A DNA stretch of 64,000 bases from Candidatus Bathyarchaeia archaeon (GCA_038870975.1 JAVZJD010000001.1:320001-384000), one strand, 5' to 3'; positions 40,857 to 51,332 are shown, counted from the stretch's first letter. Numbers and translations are program-made. The notes: generated by a model not told the origin, from the sequence alone.

Positions 40857-41712
40857 ACCTTATGCGGTTAACACCCCATTTAAATACCCTCAAACCCAAT
40901 GGAATAAACACCACAGTATAAACAATTAAAACAGCAACATTTAGAAGGACGCTTGGCGAAAACAATGTAGCTCCATTAAGTAGGATTCTACGTGCAGCAT
41001 CTAGGGCATACGTATATGGCATAAGCCAGGCCATAGCATAGAGTATTGGAAAGTTTTCAAGGTACTTCAGTGGAAATAGTACGCCACCTAAGAACTCCGT
41101 TACACTTGCAAATAGGAACGTGAGTGGGTCACCCTTCTTATATACAAGTATTAGACCAGCTGCCATTATGCCTATGCCTGCATAACTTAAAACCATCAGT
41201 AGAATTATTGCTATAAACGATAGAACTGTCTTAAGGTTAATTATCAATGGTACTCTTAAAACACCTATACCGACAACCATCACGCCAAGCATGAAATATC
41301 CGCTTACTAGAAAGCCTCTGATCGACTGTCCGATTATGTAAGACCTCATGTTTATCAACGAAGTAATTATGGGTTCAAGAGTTCCTTCGCGTATTTCATG
41401 CTGAAGTGAGTGACTTAATCTACTTATACACATCCATAAGTAGTTTGCTGTAGCAACGCCGACTAAGGCGAAAGATAACCAGTTAACTTCTCCATATCCA
41501 GCTAAAACGATACGTGTAGCATCAACCTGCAACCCCATAAAAGAATACATAGCAATAGAAGCTACTGTGCTAATCGTCTCCATTATAACCCAAGTCCTAT
41601 AGGATAGGAATATTTTGAAGTTTGCCCAGAAAACAGCCCAGATATGTACGGCCTCTGAGGATAGACGTGGCTTTTCCTCCTTGAAAAGTTTGATTAAGTC
41701 TTCAATCTTCAC
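40831..41712 (-). CDS. ABC-2 type permease
   Basis: EIREGTLE, GGVLFPL and PYTYALDAAR. Confidence 0.88.
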   Translation of the reverse strand: MKIEDLIKLFKEEKPRLSSEAVHIWAVFWANFKIFLSYRTWVIMETISTVASIAMYSFMGLQVDATRIVLAGYGEVNWLSFALVGVATANYLWMCISRLSHSLQHEIREGTLEPIITSLINMRSYIIGQSIRGFLVSGYFMLGVMVVGIGVLRVPLIINLKTVLSFIAIILLMVLSYAGIGIMAAGLILVYKKGDPLTFLFASVTEFLGGVLFPLKYLENFPILYAMAWLMPYTYALDAARRILLNGATLFSPSVLLNVAVLIVYTVVFIPLGLRVFKWGVNRIRYEGTVATY

Positions 41713-42701
41713 GTTTCCTCCCCCTTGGTAAGTTTAACAAATATGTCTTCAAGTGTTGGTTCAGACCTACGTATTGCTGAGAATTTAACGCCCAGTGAGT
41801 AGAGCTTACTAGCTATCAATGGTATGGCCTCATACTCATCGTCGACCTGTAAACGCACTATCACGTTGGACGATTCGTTTTTAGCATCCATAACCTTCTT
41901 AACAATTGACAAATTGGATAGGCTTTTAATGATATTCGATAAATCATCAATTTCTCTAATTTCCACTTCAACAGCGTGAACGTCTCTAAGCATCTCCCTT
42001 AAAACCGAGGGGGGAGCATCAGCTATCACTCTACCATCCTTCATTATGGCTATTCTCTCACACAACTGTTCAACTTCGAACATATTGTGGCTTGTGAATA
42101 CGATTGTTTTCCCTAACTCGCTATTTAAAGCCTTTAGAAGCCTCCTGGTTTCAACAGCGCTGATCGTATCAAGTCCTATCGTCGGCTCATCCATAAATAG
42201 GATCGGTGGATTATGTAGCAGAGCCCTAGCCAACATAACCTTAACCTTCATGCCTGTTGAATAGTCTTTAACAAGCTTCTTACTATCTTTCGTCAGCTCG
42301 AAGAATTCAAGGAGGGCTTTAATCCTCTTCTCAGCCACATCCTTGGGAACGTTCTGTAGATACGCGTAAAACCTCAGATTGTCTTCAGCGTTAAGCCTCC
42401 AGTAAAGCGACCTTCCCCCAGTTTCGCCGTGAAACCAACCGAAGCTACTTCTAACCTTATGGGGTTCTTTAATTATATCATATCCATTTACTTTGGCCGT
42501 CCCCTCGGTTGGAAGTATTATAGTGCACAACATTTTTATAAGCGTCGTCTTCCCTGCACCATTAGGTCCAAGAAGACCGAAAAACTCTCCACGTTTGACT
42601 TTGATGTTCACATGGTCAACTGCCTTGACGTACTGTTTAACGCCCCCCTCCTTATTTTCAAATACTTTTGTTAAATCGAATGTTTCAACAGCGTACTCCA
42701 T
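41709..42701 (-). CDS. ABC transporter ATP-binding protein
   Basis: GPNGAGKT, YSTGM, DEPT and SH. Confidence 0.93.
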   Translation of the reverse strand: MEYAVETFDLTKVFENKEGGVKQYVKAVDHVNIKVKRGEFFGLLGPNGAGKTTLIKMLCTIILPTEGTAKVNGYDIIKEPHKVRSSFGWFHGETGGRSLYWRLNAEDNLRFYAYLQNVPKDVAEKRIKALLEFFELTKDSKKLVKDYSTGMKVKVMLARALLHNPPILFMDEPTIGLDTISAVETRRLLKALNSELGKTIVFTSHNMFEVEQLCERIAIMKDGRVIADAPPSVLREMLRDVHAVEVEIREIDDLSNIIKSLSNLSIVKKVMDAKNESSNVIVRLQVDDEYEAIPLIASKLYSLGVKFSAIRRSEPTLEDIFVKLTKGEET

Positions 42702-43023
42702 TATTCATCCCGTTTGAGCACTTTATGCATATGAATAGACGCCAACTACCAATTGTCAACCCCTTTCTAAGAAATAGCTAGTTAATAATTTTTTCGTATG
42801 AATGTTGTAGAGAAAAATGCCACTCTAGCATCCGAATAAAAATTCGTATAAAGCAACCATGCATAATGCTCAGGTTAGCCACTAAAAGAATTCTACTATT
42901 CTCCATTTCAATGAAAGCTTATGGAAAGACCGAGGAACAGGGTCGAAAAAGAGCATAAGTAGTAATTCCTCTATTCCATAGACTAACCACCTTCCCAGGT
43001 CTGCGGTAGAAGCCGTTTTGAAA

Positions 43024-43041
43024 TAGACAGAAAACTGTCTA
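43024..43041 (-). terminator. hairpin just downstream of the isomerase gene
   Basis: TAGACAG-AAAA-CTGTCTA, about 12 nt past the stop at 43053. Confidence 0.35.
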
Positions 43042-43052
43042 AACTTAAAAGT

Positions 43053-43877
43053 TTAATGCATCATGCTTAGCCATTCACGTAATTTCTGCACATATTGTGG
43101 TAATACTATTTCTGGTTCTAGTAGTTTTGGATCCCACCTTTTTTCCCACTCTACTATGGCATATCCCCTATACCCTCCTTTCACTAGAATCTCAAGCATC
43201 TTTCTTATCGGGACGTCGCCTTCACCGAGCAATACATACTTTATTCTACCATCTTCTACGATAGAATCTTTAACGTGAATACTAACAGTATACTGGGCTA
43301 TGTTTTTATAGGTTTCCTCTGGCTTTTCCCCCTTAAAACGGTATGGATGGTGTAGATCCCATAGTATGCGTATACGCCTATGGTTAACCTCCTTCATGAG
43401 GCGGGCGCAGAGCGACGTATCAATCCAGTCGTCGTGCGTCTCTAGAGCCAAAGTTATACCATAATCCTCAGCCTCATCTCCAACCTCCCGTAGATTCTGT
43501 ACAATTATCGGCATTATAGTTTCAACATTATAGCCACTGGGTATTCTACCCCCATATATGCGGACAACTGGAGCACTCAAATTAGCAGCGAGTACTATAT
43601 TACGCTTAGCTTCATCAAACTGTTCTCTTCTTTCACCTGAGTCTATAACAACAAAACGAGCGGATGTAGAGATTCCGGAAACAGAGATGCCATAATCTGC
43701 AAGAAGTTTCTTTGTTTTACCAAGCTCTGTCGTAAATTCCGGACGTCTAGTTATATCTAAATCCTCAAGTAGGCCGCGGAACTCGACGCCGTCATAACCC
43801 ATTTCAGCGGCACTTCTAACTATCTTATGTAGATCCCAGTTGGGACAGCCTAAAGTACTAAATGATAACTTTATCAC
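43053..43877 (-). CDS. sugar phosphate isomerase/epimerase (TIM barrel)
   Basis: FSTLGCP.W, ETHD, WDLHH, HVKD and EWEKRW. RBS GGAGGAGG precedes GTG 43877. Confidence 0.88.
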   Translation of the reverse strand: MIKLSFSTLGCPNWDLHKIVRSAAEMGYDGVEFRGLLEDLDITRRPEFTTELGKTKKLLADYGISVSGISTSARFVVIDSGERREQFDEAKRNIVLAANLSAPVVRIYGGRIPSGYNVETIMPIIVQNLREVGDEAEDYGITLALETHDDWIDTSLCARLMKEVNHRRIRILWDLHHPYRFKGEKPEETYKNIAQYTVSIHVKDSIVEDGRIKYVLLGEGDVPIRKMLEILVKGGYRGYAIVEWEKRWDPKLLEPEIVLPQYVQKLREWLSMMH

Positions 43878-43913
43878 GATACCTCCTCCGCCACTAATCA
43901 TTCTAAACCTATG

Positions 43914-43932
43914 GAGAATATTAAATATTCTC
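43914..43932. promoter_or_regulatory. 19-bp palindrome overlapping the isomerase TATA box
   Basis: GAGAATATT-A-AATATTCTC. Confidence 0.45.
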
Positions 43933-44292
43933 TCATTTTCCCCATTACATGAGATACCTGCTTTAAATAATAAACGATCAATAGAGCGGATAATCGTAAA
44001 TGACACTCATCAAAAGCATCATTTGGTTAAAAAAAACCATGCCGAAGCCCTGCACGTTTATTAAGCCTACGTCTCTAGCTACTGTAATAGCTCTAACAAC
44101 ATCTGTCTGACCAAAACTGTAGGTGTAAATCGATTAGTTGCGTGATTGAAATCAGAGACATTGAAATAGAAGAGAACTTTGAAGATATCCCCCTTCATTA
44201 ACTCATAATATCCACTTTTAAATTTTGGCTCTATCTTTTAAATTCTAGGAATATAATTAAGGAAAGGATAAGATCTAGACCTGAAAATGTAA

Positions 44293-44367
44293 CGCCCTGG
44301 GCGGGATTTGAACCCGCGTCCAGCGGGCGACAGCCGCTGATGCTAGGCCGGGCTACACCACCAGGGC
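44293..44367 (-). tRNA. tRNA-Asp(GTC)
   Basis: GCCCTGG acceptor, AGCGG-CT-GTC-GC-CCGCT, GCGGGTTCAAATCCCGC and discriminator G. Confidence 0.96.
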
Positions 44368-44532
44368 TTCTCTTACCACTACTTTAGAATTTCACTCTGA
44401 TTTTTAAGCTTTCCTCTTCTGTAAGAATTCATATTGTTATTGTACAGTAATTGGTTTTGCTCCGAGATGTTCATGGGCAGGTTTAAATGTTGGGGGGTTA
44501 AATTTAACAGGTTTTAAGTGATACTTCTTTTT

Positions 44533-45576
44533 ATGAGCCTTGAAGATTTGGCGTTTAAATTTAAGCGGTATGGTGCTACTGTTGATCTCTACTCGGCCAA
44601 TGGCTCTATTCTGATCTCAGAATACGGTGGAAGGATCATAGGTGTTTCTGTTAATGGCTCTCCAAACCTCCTATGGGTTAATCCAAACCTTGAAAAAGTT
44701 CTTGAGGATGGGGGTTTTAACGTAGGTGGACTTAGAGTTTGGGTTTCTCCTGAGAGAAACTTCTTCTATAAGAATCCTGAGGTGTTTGGGGAATGGTTCT
44801 GCCCTAGTGAGCTAGACCCTGGAAACTTTAGAATAGTAGATTTTACAAAGTCCTCAGCTACTCTTGAGTCTAAGTTTAAGCTTAGAGACATATTGAATAA
44901 TGAATTACTCAACATAACCATCGTAAGAGATATAGTGGTCGAGGATGCGGATGACTGTGGCCTAGCAATTCATGTCAGAGAATCTTTAATTGCTTCAGGT
45001 TTTCGTAAGAGCAGGATAAGTTTATGGGCTTTAGCTCAAGTCTATCCAGGGCGTGGAGGTATTGGAACAGTTGCAGTACCTGTTAGGCGGAAAGCCGAAC
45101 CCATACACTACTTCGGACCTATACCTAAGAATAGGCTGAAGGTGACAGATAATCACATAGCTTTCCTGATAGATGGAGGCCATGTTTGTAAGCTCGGGGT
45201 TAAACCTGAGGACTTTAGATTTAGAGGCTGGGCTTCCATAGGATATTTTGCTGAAGCGCCCTGGAGCGATGGAAAAGCCTTCATCATAACGATGGAAACG
45301 TGTTGCGCGCCTAGATTTCAAGCGGAATGTTTAGATGTAGCTAAAGCAGATCCAGAAGGAGCTAAAGCAGCCGTTCAATCTTACAATTCCGGTCCAAATG
45401 CCGAATGGCTTAAATTTGGTGAAATAGAGCTTCAATTTCCAGCATCAACTTTAACTAATGGAATACAGTTTTCAACGGCCTCCTATACGGTTAAAGCATA
45501 TGTAGGAGGCTTAGAGGAAACCTTAGAAAAATTCAGAGAAGTTCTGAAGATATCAAATATTTATCCACTTCAATAA
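44533..45576 (+). CDS. hypothetical protein, galactose-mutarotase-like fold suspected
   Basis: GGRIIG..NLLWVNP, GG.RVWVSPE and EIELQ.P. Confidence 0.65.
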   Translation: MSLEDLAFKFKRYGATVDLYSANGSILISEYGGRIIGVSVNGSPNLLWVNPNLEKVLEDGGFNVGGLRVWVSPERNFFYKNPEVFGEWFCPSELDPGNFRIVDFTKSSATLESKFKLRDILNNELLNITIVRDIVVEDADDCGLAIHVRESLIASGFRKSRISLWALAQVYPGRGGIGTVAVPVRRKAEPIHYFGPIPKNRLKVTDNHIAFLIDGGHVCKLGVKPEDFRFRGWASIGYFAEAPWSDGKAFIITMETCCAPRFQAECLDVAKADPEGAKAAVQSYNSGPNAEWLKFGEIELQFPASTLTNGIQFSTASYTVKAYVGGLEETLEKFREVLKISNIYPLQ

Positions 45577-45818
45577 TATTCACACCTATTTTTACCATCA
45601 GATTGCTCTTGGTATTCCAGCTTAAATATCCATGAGTATTGCATGTGAATATCTAAAAACGCCCCCATACATACTGTTAACAGTTTCCAATTAAACACTA
45701 GAGCGCTTAACTTCAAAGCCGTATTCCATCCAGTAAACGGTGGAAGTAGTTCTAAGCTAATGGTTATAGAGCTAAAGTTTTAAAATCTCAGACGCTTAAT
45801 TACACTTAAGAGAAGACA

Positions 45819-46811
45819 TTGGAAACCTTACTTCTCACAGATGAAGAGGTGGGAAAGCTTCTTTCAATGGATGAAGTCATGAAAGCCGTTGAGCAGGCAT
45901 TTGTTGAGAAAAGCCTTGGGAGAACACAGATGCCGACTAAAGTCTACTTATTCTACCATAAGTATAATGGTGACTTAAGAGTTATGCCATCTTACCTTGA
46001 AGACTACGACATTTCATCCGTTAAAATTGTCAATTCACATCCAGAGAATAGGGTGAAATATAATCTACCAACTGTAATGGCAGTTGTAGTTCTTATAGAC
46101 CCTAGAAATGGGTTTCCCCTAGCCATAATGGGCGGTAAAACCATAACAGATATTAGAACTGGCGCAGCCGGAGGCATTGCTGCAAAATACCTTGCGAGGA
46201 GGGATTCAAGAATCGTAGGATTTGTAGGAGCCGGAGCACAGGCTAGGACTCAGCTGTTTGCTCTTCTTAAAGTCTATGGGGGATTTGATGAGGTCAGAGT
46301 TTGGGGGCTTCATGGAACTGCTGAAGAATTCGCCATTGAAATGCAGTCTAAGTACGGTGATAGATGTACAATAGTTCCTGTTAAAACTGTGAAAGAGGCA
46401 GTTGAAGGTGCTGACATTGTTGTAACAGCAACACCCTCAAGACAACCTTTAGTAATGGAAGACATGGTTTCTCCAGGTATGCACTTCAACTGTATAGGAG
46501 CAGATGCCCCTGGAAAGGAGGAACTCGATCCAGCCATTCTTAAGAAGGCTAAAATCGTTGTCGACGATTTAATGCAAGCCTCCCATGGTGGAGAGATAAA
46601 CGTCCCCCTAAGCCGTGGATTAATAAGAATAGAGGATGTTTGGGCTGAAATAGGCGAAGTAATTGCCGGGTTGAAGAAGGGACGGGAAAATCCGAGTGAG
46701 ATAACAATTTTCTCTTCAACAGGGTTAGCTGTTCAGGACGCTGTTACCGCAAAAATCGCATACGATAAGGCTTTAGAGAAAGGCGTTGGTAGATTCATTA
46801 AGATAGTATAA
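45819..46811 (+). CDS. archaeal alanine dehydrogenase (ornithine cyclodeaminase/mu-crystallin family)
   Basis: MP.KVYL, GDLRVMP, RTGAAG, GAGAQA and STGLAVQD. Confidence 0.85.
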   Translation: METLLLTDEEVGKLLSMDEVMKAVEQAFVEKSLGRTQMPTKVYLFYHKYNGDLRVMPSYLEDYDISSVKIVNSHPENRVKYNLPTVMAVVVLIDPRNGFPLAIMGGKTITDIRTGAAGGIAAKYLARRDSRIVGFVGAGAQARTQLFALLKVYGGFDEVRVWGLHGTAEEFAIEMQSKYGDRCTIVPVKTVKEAVEGADIVVTATPSRQPLVMEDMVSPGMHFNCIGADAPGKEELDPAILKKAKIVVDDLMQASHGGEINVPLSRGLIRIEDVWAEIGEVIAGLKKGRENPSEITIFSSTGLAVQDAVTAKIAYDKALEKGVGRFIKIV

Positions 46812-46857
46812 GTTTCGTTTCTCATGGAGGGATAAAAGCCATAGTCCAATGAGAAAA

Positions 46858-48201
46858 TTAAAGTATGGAGCAGATGCTTTCACATACGATTCTAGCGGTA
46901 TCATAGCCTAGAGAATTTACCTCTCCATAGGGAGGTTCTGGAGAATTGTTCAACCACGGTGGATTCTCGTCCCACTCGCACATCGGTACTATATAGCCTA
47001 TTTCATCATCAGCTAAACCTATAATGAACTTATATTTCCCACGCATATTATGACGTATTATAGGTTCAAAGGGTGCTTCTGGGAAATCCGCACCTGGGAG
47101 TCTGGTAATCCCTCCGTTTACAAGCTCGGGGTATATTTCACCAGGGATTAGAGCTACTTGAACAGGCCCTATGTTTAAAGCGCCAACTTCACTTAAAACG
47201 TCTTCGCCTAAAACGATCTTCACTTTTCCAAACTCAGAAGTATTCAGATATTCTGTTCTATCGTCAACCTCCCCCCTAGTATACACAGGTCGCTTTAAAA
47301 CACCAGTCCCCGCTAATATCCTGAAAAACCTGTTTCTAAGGGGTATGAATATCTTCTTAAATTTCACCTGAATTGGAGCGTCTTTAACCTCCTCCCCCTT
47401 CTCAAAAGCCTCTAAAGCTATATCTGCTACTCTTAAACCTAAAACCTCCATCTCCCTAAAGGTCTTATGTTCAACTTTTACATGCGTCTCTGGATCTATT
47501 AGAGGCTTCTCAATATCCAATGGAGATAGGAGACCTCCTATAGCTCCGTTAACATATACAGCTCCTCCACCCACCTCTCCCTCAATTTTATCGCATATAA
47601 TGCCCGGGAAGTCTGCTGTTATCAGCCTATTAGCTCCTCCTAGGGTTTCGGGGTGATTACTCCATTGTATAAGTGTGAAAACGCCTTCGCCAGTTGAATC
47701 GACGGCCCTTAAGATATTCAACGTCGGGTCTTTAACTATTGGCGGCCTTCCATCTCCTTGCATACTCATAAGTTCTTCACGTGCATCTGCGGAGACGGAT
47801 AAACGTACAGGCTTCATGCTTCCTAAAGCTCTACTTATGCATAGGCGGATTTTATTGATAAGTAGATTCATATAATCCGGGTTTAACCCGCTTGTAAAGA
47901 TACCAGGACCCCATAATCCAAGTGTATCTGGTCCATTGTGGTTATGCGTTGAAGCTATTATGAGCGCCGTATTCTCAAATTCTCTCCTAAGCTTTAAAAC
48001 GTAAGGCTCATAAAATAGCCCTATAAGGTCTAAGGATACTAGGACTACCGTGGTTTTACCGTCGCTTAAGGATAGACATCTAGCCCAAAGCCTGTCGTGG
48101 ATGCCCTCTGCTATTCTATTTCTACCGAAGCCTGCTAAGAAAACCTTCTTATCTAAGCTTGGTGTGATATCTTCCTTCGAGAAGCCCGCTAGGAAACCCA
48201 A
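46858..48201 (-). CDS. neutral/alkaline ceramidase-like amidohydrolase
   Basis: HD.LWAR, THNHNGPD, NHPE, ADFPG, PGE and DEIGY. Confidence 0.75.
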   Translation of the reverse strand: MGFLAGFSKEDITPSLDKKVFLAGFGRNRIAEGIHDRLWARCLSLSDGKTTVVLVSLDLIGLFYEPYVLKLRREFENTALIIASTHNHNGPDTLGLWGPGIFTSGLNPDYMNLLINKIRLCISRALGSMKPVRLSVSADAREELMSMQGDGRPPIVKDPTLNILRAVDSTGEGVFTLIQWSNHPETLGGANRLITADFPGIICDKIEGEVGGGAVYVNGAIGGLLSPLDIEKPLIDPETHVKVEHKTFREMEVLGLRVADIALEAFEKGEEVKDAPIQVKFKKIFIPLRNRFFRILAGTGVLKRPVYTRGEVDDRTEYLNTSEFGKVKIVLGEDVLSEVGALNIGPVQVALIPGEIYPELVNGGITRLPGADFPEAPFEPIIRHNMRGKYKFIIGLADDEIGYIVPMCEWDENPPWLNNSPEPPYGEVNSLGYDTARIVCESICSIL

Positions 48202-48267
48202 AGCCGATCAACATAACCGTATCCAGTTATCCGTATATAAAACTAGCCACTTTAAGAGGGTAATTTT

Positions 48268-48291
48268 AAATATTAGGTCTACCTAACATTT
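48268..48291. promoter_or_regulatory. DtxR/MntR-type operator at the feo promoter
   Basis: AAATA-TTAGGT-CT-ACCTAA-CATTT abutting the TTTTAAAT TATA box. TTAGGT/ACCTAA half-sites are as in DtxR boxes. Confidence 0.75.
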
Positions 48292-48325
48292 TTAGAAAAG
48301 TTGATTGCGTAAAGGGTAGTGCGCT

Positions 48326-48931
48326 ATGGAGTTCAGAGAAGTAATCGTAGAACTTATGGAGTTTATCGTTGAAAACAACGGTAGATTAAACTTAGATGAA
48401 GCTTCTAGCAAACTTAACAGACCGAAGGAAGAATTAGTTAAAGCCCTAGACGAAGCCCTAAGCAAAGGTTTAATCCGTAGAATCGATGAGCAATTTAAAC
48501 TCACCGTTTCAGGTGAAAGTCTTCTAGAGTCGCATAGAGAAGAACACCTCCATAGAATGGTACATAGCTACGTAGAGGAGACGACCCTAGATAGGGTTCG
48601 TAACTGGAGCCACCACTGGCGTTTAAGACACGGATTTAGCGTAGAAGACTTGAACACTATGAGAAGCGATCTTAAAGCGATTCCAGCCAGAATAGAAGAA
48701 ATAGCTCCACTAAGTACTCTATCTGAGGGTGAACGTGGCAAAATTGTCTATATTTACGGAGGGAGGGGTCTCGTAAGACGACTAGCCGATATGGGTTTGA
48801 CTCCAGGAATTGAAGTTGTAGTCTTAAGAAGGGCCTTCCTAAACGGTCCTGTCGAAATAACTGTTAGAGGTACGAATCTAGCCTTAGGTTATGGTGTAGC
48901 TAAGAGGGTATTCATTAAGAGGGTTTCATAA
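48326..48931 (+). CDS. feoA: FeoA-domain protein with N-terminal wHTH and His-rich linker
   Basis: C-terminal RRLADMGLTPG..GPVEI..LALG..A and N-terminal wHTH ending LTVSGE. Confidence 0.82.
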   Translation: MEFREVIVELMEFIVENNGRLNLDEASSKLNRPKEELVKALDEALSKGLIRRIDEQFKLTVSGESLLESHREEHLHRMVHSYVEETTLDRVRNWSHHWRLRHGFSVEDLNTMRSDLKAIPARIEEIAPLSTLSEGERGKIVYIYGGRGLVRRLADMGLTPGIEVVVLRRAFLNGPVEITVRGTNLALGYGVAKRVFIKRVS

Positions 48932-48932
48932 T

Positions 48933-50879
48933 ATGTCTGAGTCTAAAACCGCCATAAGAATAGCTTTAGCCGCTAATGCTAATACGGGTAAATCCACCTT
49001 CTTTAATCAAGTGACTGGGGCTTCTCAACACGTTGGAAATTGGCCTGGTAAAACAGTTGAAAAAGTAGAAGGGTTTGTTAAATTCGGCCCATATGATGTA
49101 TACATTCTAGACCTACCAGGCACGTATTCGCTCTCCGCGTATAGTGAGGAGGAAATGGTGGCTAGGGAATACATAGCTATCCATAAGCCAGACGTAGTAT
49201 TGAATATAATCGATGCATCTGCTATTGAAAGAAACCTCTACTTAACGGTACAGCTTTTAGAGCTTGAAACCCCCTTAGTCGTAGCTTTAAACATGGTCGA
49301 TATTGCAGCTAAGAAAGGTTTTAAAATAAACATTGAACGTTTTTCTGAAATTTTGGGAGTCCCAGTCATACCTATGGTTGCAGTATCCGGTCGAGGCGTT
49401 GGTGAAGCATTGAGTGTGGCGGTTGAAGTAGCACTTGGTAGAATCAAAATCTCACCAATTAAGGTTGTATATGGTTTGGAGGTAGAGAAGGCGTTAGCTA
49501 AACTTACTAATGAGCTGCAGGAGAAACTTCCCAGTCTATGTAAGATGTATCCTGCTAGATGGCTGGCTATCAAAATCCTAGAGGAAGATGAGGATATTTT
49601 AAGAAAAGTTGCCAGCGAGCCAAGGGGATCCGAAGTAATAAAAACATCCGAGAAGGTCATTGGAGAACTTGAAGCAATCCATGGAGAGCCGATTCAAGTA
49701 ATAATAGCTTCAGAACGGTACGCGTTTATAAATCGTATAGTTAAAGAGGTTTTAACAGTTGAGAAAGAGCCTTTGATAACGTTTGGAGAACGTTTAGACC
49801 TATTAACAACTCACATGGTTTGGGGCTACTTTCTTTTGGCGGTGATAATGTCCTCTGTCTTCGCTTCAGTTTTCATAGTTGGTGGACTCCTAAGCACCCT
49901 CCTAGAGCATTATTTTTCTATTCTAGTAATTCCTTTACTACCTGAAGGCTCGGGTTTTATCCGTGGTCTTGAAGACGGTCTGATAGCAGGAGTAATTTTA
50001 GTAATCCCCTACGTAATACCGTTCTATTTTATATTGTTCTTTCTGGAGAATTCCGGCTATCTTCCAAGAGCAGCTTTCCTTCTGGATGCTCTTATGCACA
50101 AAATCGGTCTTCACGGTAAAGCATTCATCCCTCTTCTTCTCGGATATGGTTGTAATGTTCCAGCATGCTTAGGATGTAGGATAATGGAGACTGGTAGGGA
50201 GAAGCTTATACTGGGTTTAATGATTACAATGATCCCCTGTGCAGCTAGAACGATAGTTATTTTAACTCTAGTTGGAGAATACCTAGGTGTACACGTAGCT
50301 CTTGCAATATACGCGTTGGATTTAATAGTGGTGTTCATCATAGGGAAGATGGCAAGTGCGGTCTTACCGGGCAGTCCTATTGGTTTAATAATGGAGATGC
50401 CTCCCTATAGAATACCTAGTTTAAAAGTAATAGCTGTTGAAACTTATGTTAGAGTTAAAGACTTCATAGTCATGGCTTTTCCACTTCTCATAGTTGGAAG
50501 CGGCGTCGTAGGTTTGCTGAACGACTTAAATTTGCTGAAGGAGTTATCAAATATCCTCAGCCCAGGTTTAAACCTACTTGGACTACCCAGCGTAACAGGT
50601 ATACCTTTAATCTTCGGGATTCTACGTAAGGAGCTTACGATAGCAATGCTTGCCGAAGCAGCGGGAACTACAGACTTCAACGCAGTTTTAACACATAGGC
50701 AGATGGTGGTATTCAGCGTATTTACAATACTCTACATACCCTGTATAGCTACGATAGTAGCAATGTTTAAAGAGTATGGCTTCACCAAAACAATTCTGAT
50801 AACGTTGACTAATATAGCCGTCGCCATAACTGTATCAGCCTTAGCAAACATAATCCTAACATCTATAGGTGTAGTCTAG
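48933..50879 (+). CDS. feoB: ferrous iron transporter FeoB
   Basis: NANTGKS, GNWPGKTVE, DLPGTYSL, NMVD, GYGCNVPA and PC motifs. Confidence 0.95.
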   Translation: MSESKTAIRIALAANANTGKSTFFNQVTGASQHVGNWPGKTVEKVEGFVKFGPYDVYILDLPGTYSLSAYSEEEMVAREYIAIHKPDVVLNIIDASAIERNLYLTVQLLELETPLVVALNMVDIAAKKGFKINIERFSEILGVPVIPMVAVSGRGVGEALSVAVEVALGRIKISPIKVVYGLEVEKALAKLTNELQEKLPSLCKMYPARWLAIKILEEDEDILRKVASEPRGSEVIKTSEKVIGELEAIHGEPIQVIIASERYAFINRIVKEVLTVEKEPLITFGERLDLLTTHMVWGYFLLAVIMSSVFASVFIVGGLLSTLLEHYFSILVIPLLPEGSGFIRGLEDGLIAGVILVIPYVIPFYFILFFLENSGYLPRAAFLLDALMHKIGLHGKAFIPLLLGYGCNVPACLGCRIMETGREKLILGLMITMIPCAARTIVILTLVGEYLGVHVALAIYALDLIVVFIIGKMASAVLPGSPIGLIMEMPPYRIPSLKVIAVETYVRVKDFIVMAFPLLIVGSGVVGLLNDLNLLKELSNILSPGLNLLGLPSVTGIPLIFGILRKELTIAMLAEAAGTTDFNAVLTHRQMVVFSVFTILYIPCIATIVAMFKEYGFTKTILITLTNIAVAITVSALANIILTSIGVV

Positions 50880-50906
50880 ATAACAATCTTAAGCCTTCAA
50901 ATGGTA

Positions 50907-51332
50907 TTATTTTTCACAGCAGAAGCTTCTAAAGGATTCAAGTAACTTAGGGCTTTCAGGATGTACCTGGATAAACTCTATGAACTTTGAAAGTCTGTTC
51001 ATAGTTTCATGGTGGATGTGATGCTCTATTTTACAAGCATCTTCTTCTGCTATTTCCTCGCTTACACCTAGCAGTTGGAGAAAACCCTTGAGAATATTGT
51101 GCTTTTTCATTACTTTCACTGCTTCAACCTCACCTTCAGCAGTAAGCTGAATATTCCTCTTGTAAGGCTTATATGTAACAAGACCTCTATCTGCAAGCCT
51201 TTGAACCATCTCCGTAGCTGTAGGAGCTTTAACCTTTAAAGCTGAAGATATGTCAGAAATCCTAACTCTCTGCTTCCTCTTAGTAAGTAGATATATTGCT
51301 TCAAGGTAGTTTTCCATAGCCTCAGTAGACAC
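50907..51332 (-). CDS. DtxR/MntR metal-dependent repressor (no FeoA domain)
   Basis: ENYLEAIY, LT.EG, KH..L..FL and EDACKIEH. Confidence 0.92.
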   Translation of the reverse strand: MSTEAMENYLEAIYLLTKRKQRVRISDISSALKVKAPTATEMVQRLADRGLVTYKPYKRNIQLTAEGEVEAVKVMKKHNILKGFLQLLGVSEEIAEEDACKIEHHIHHETMNRLSKFIEFIQVHPESPKLLESFRSFCCEK

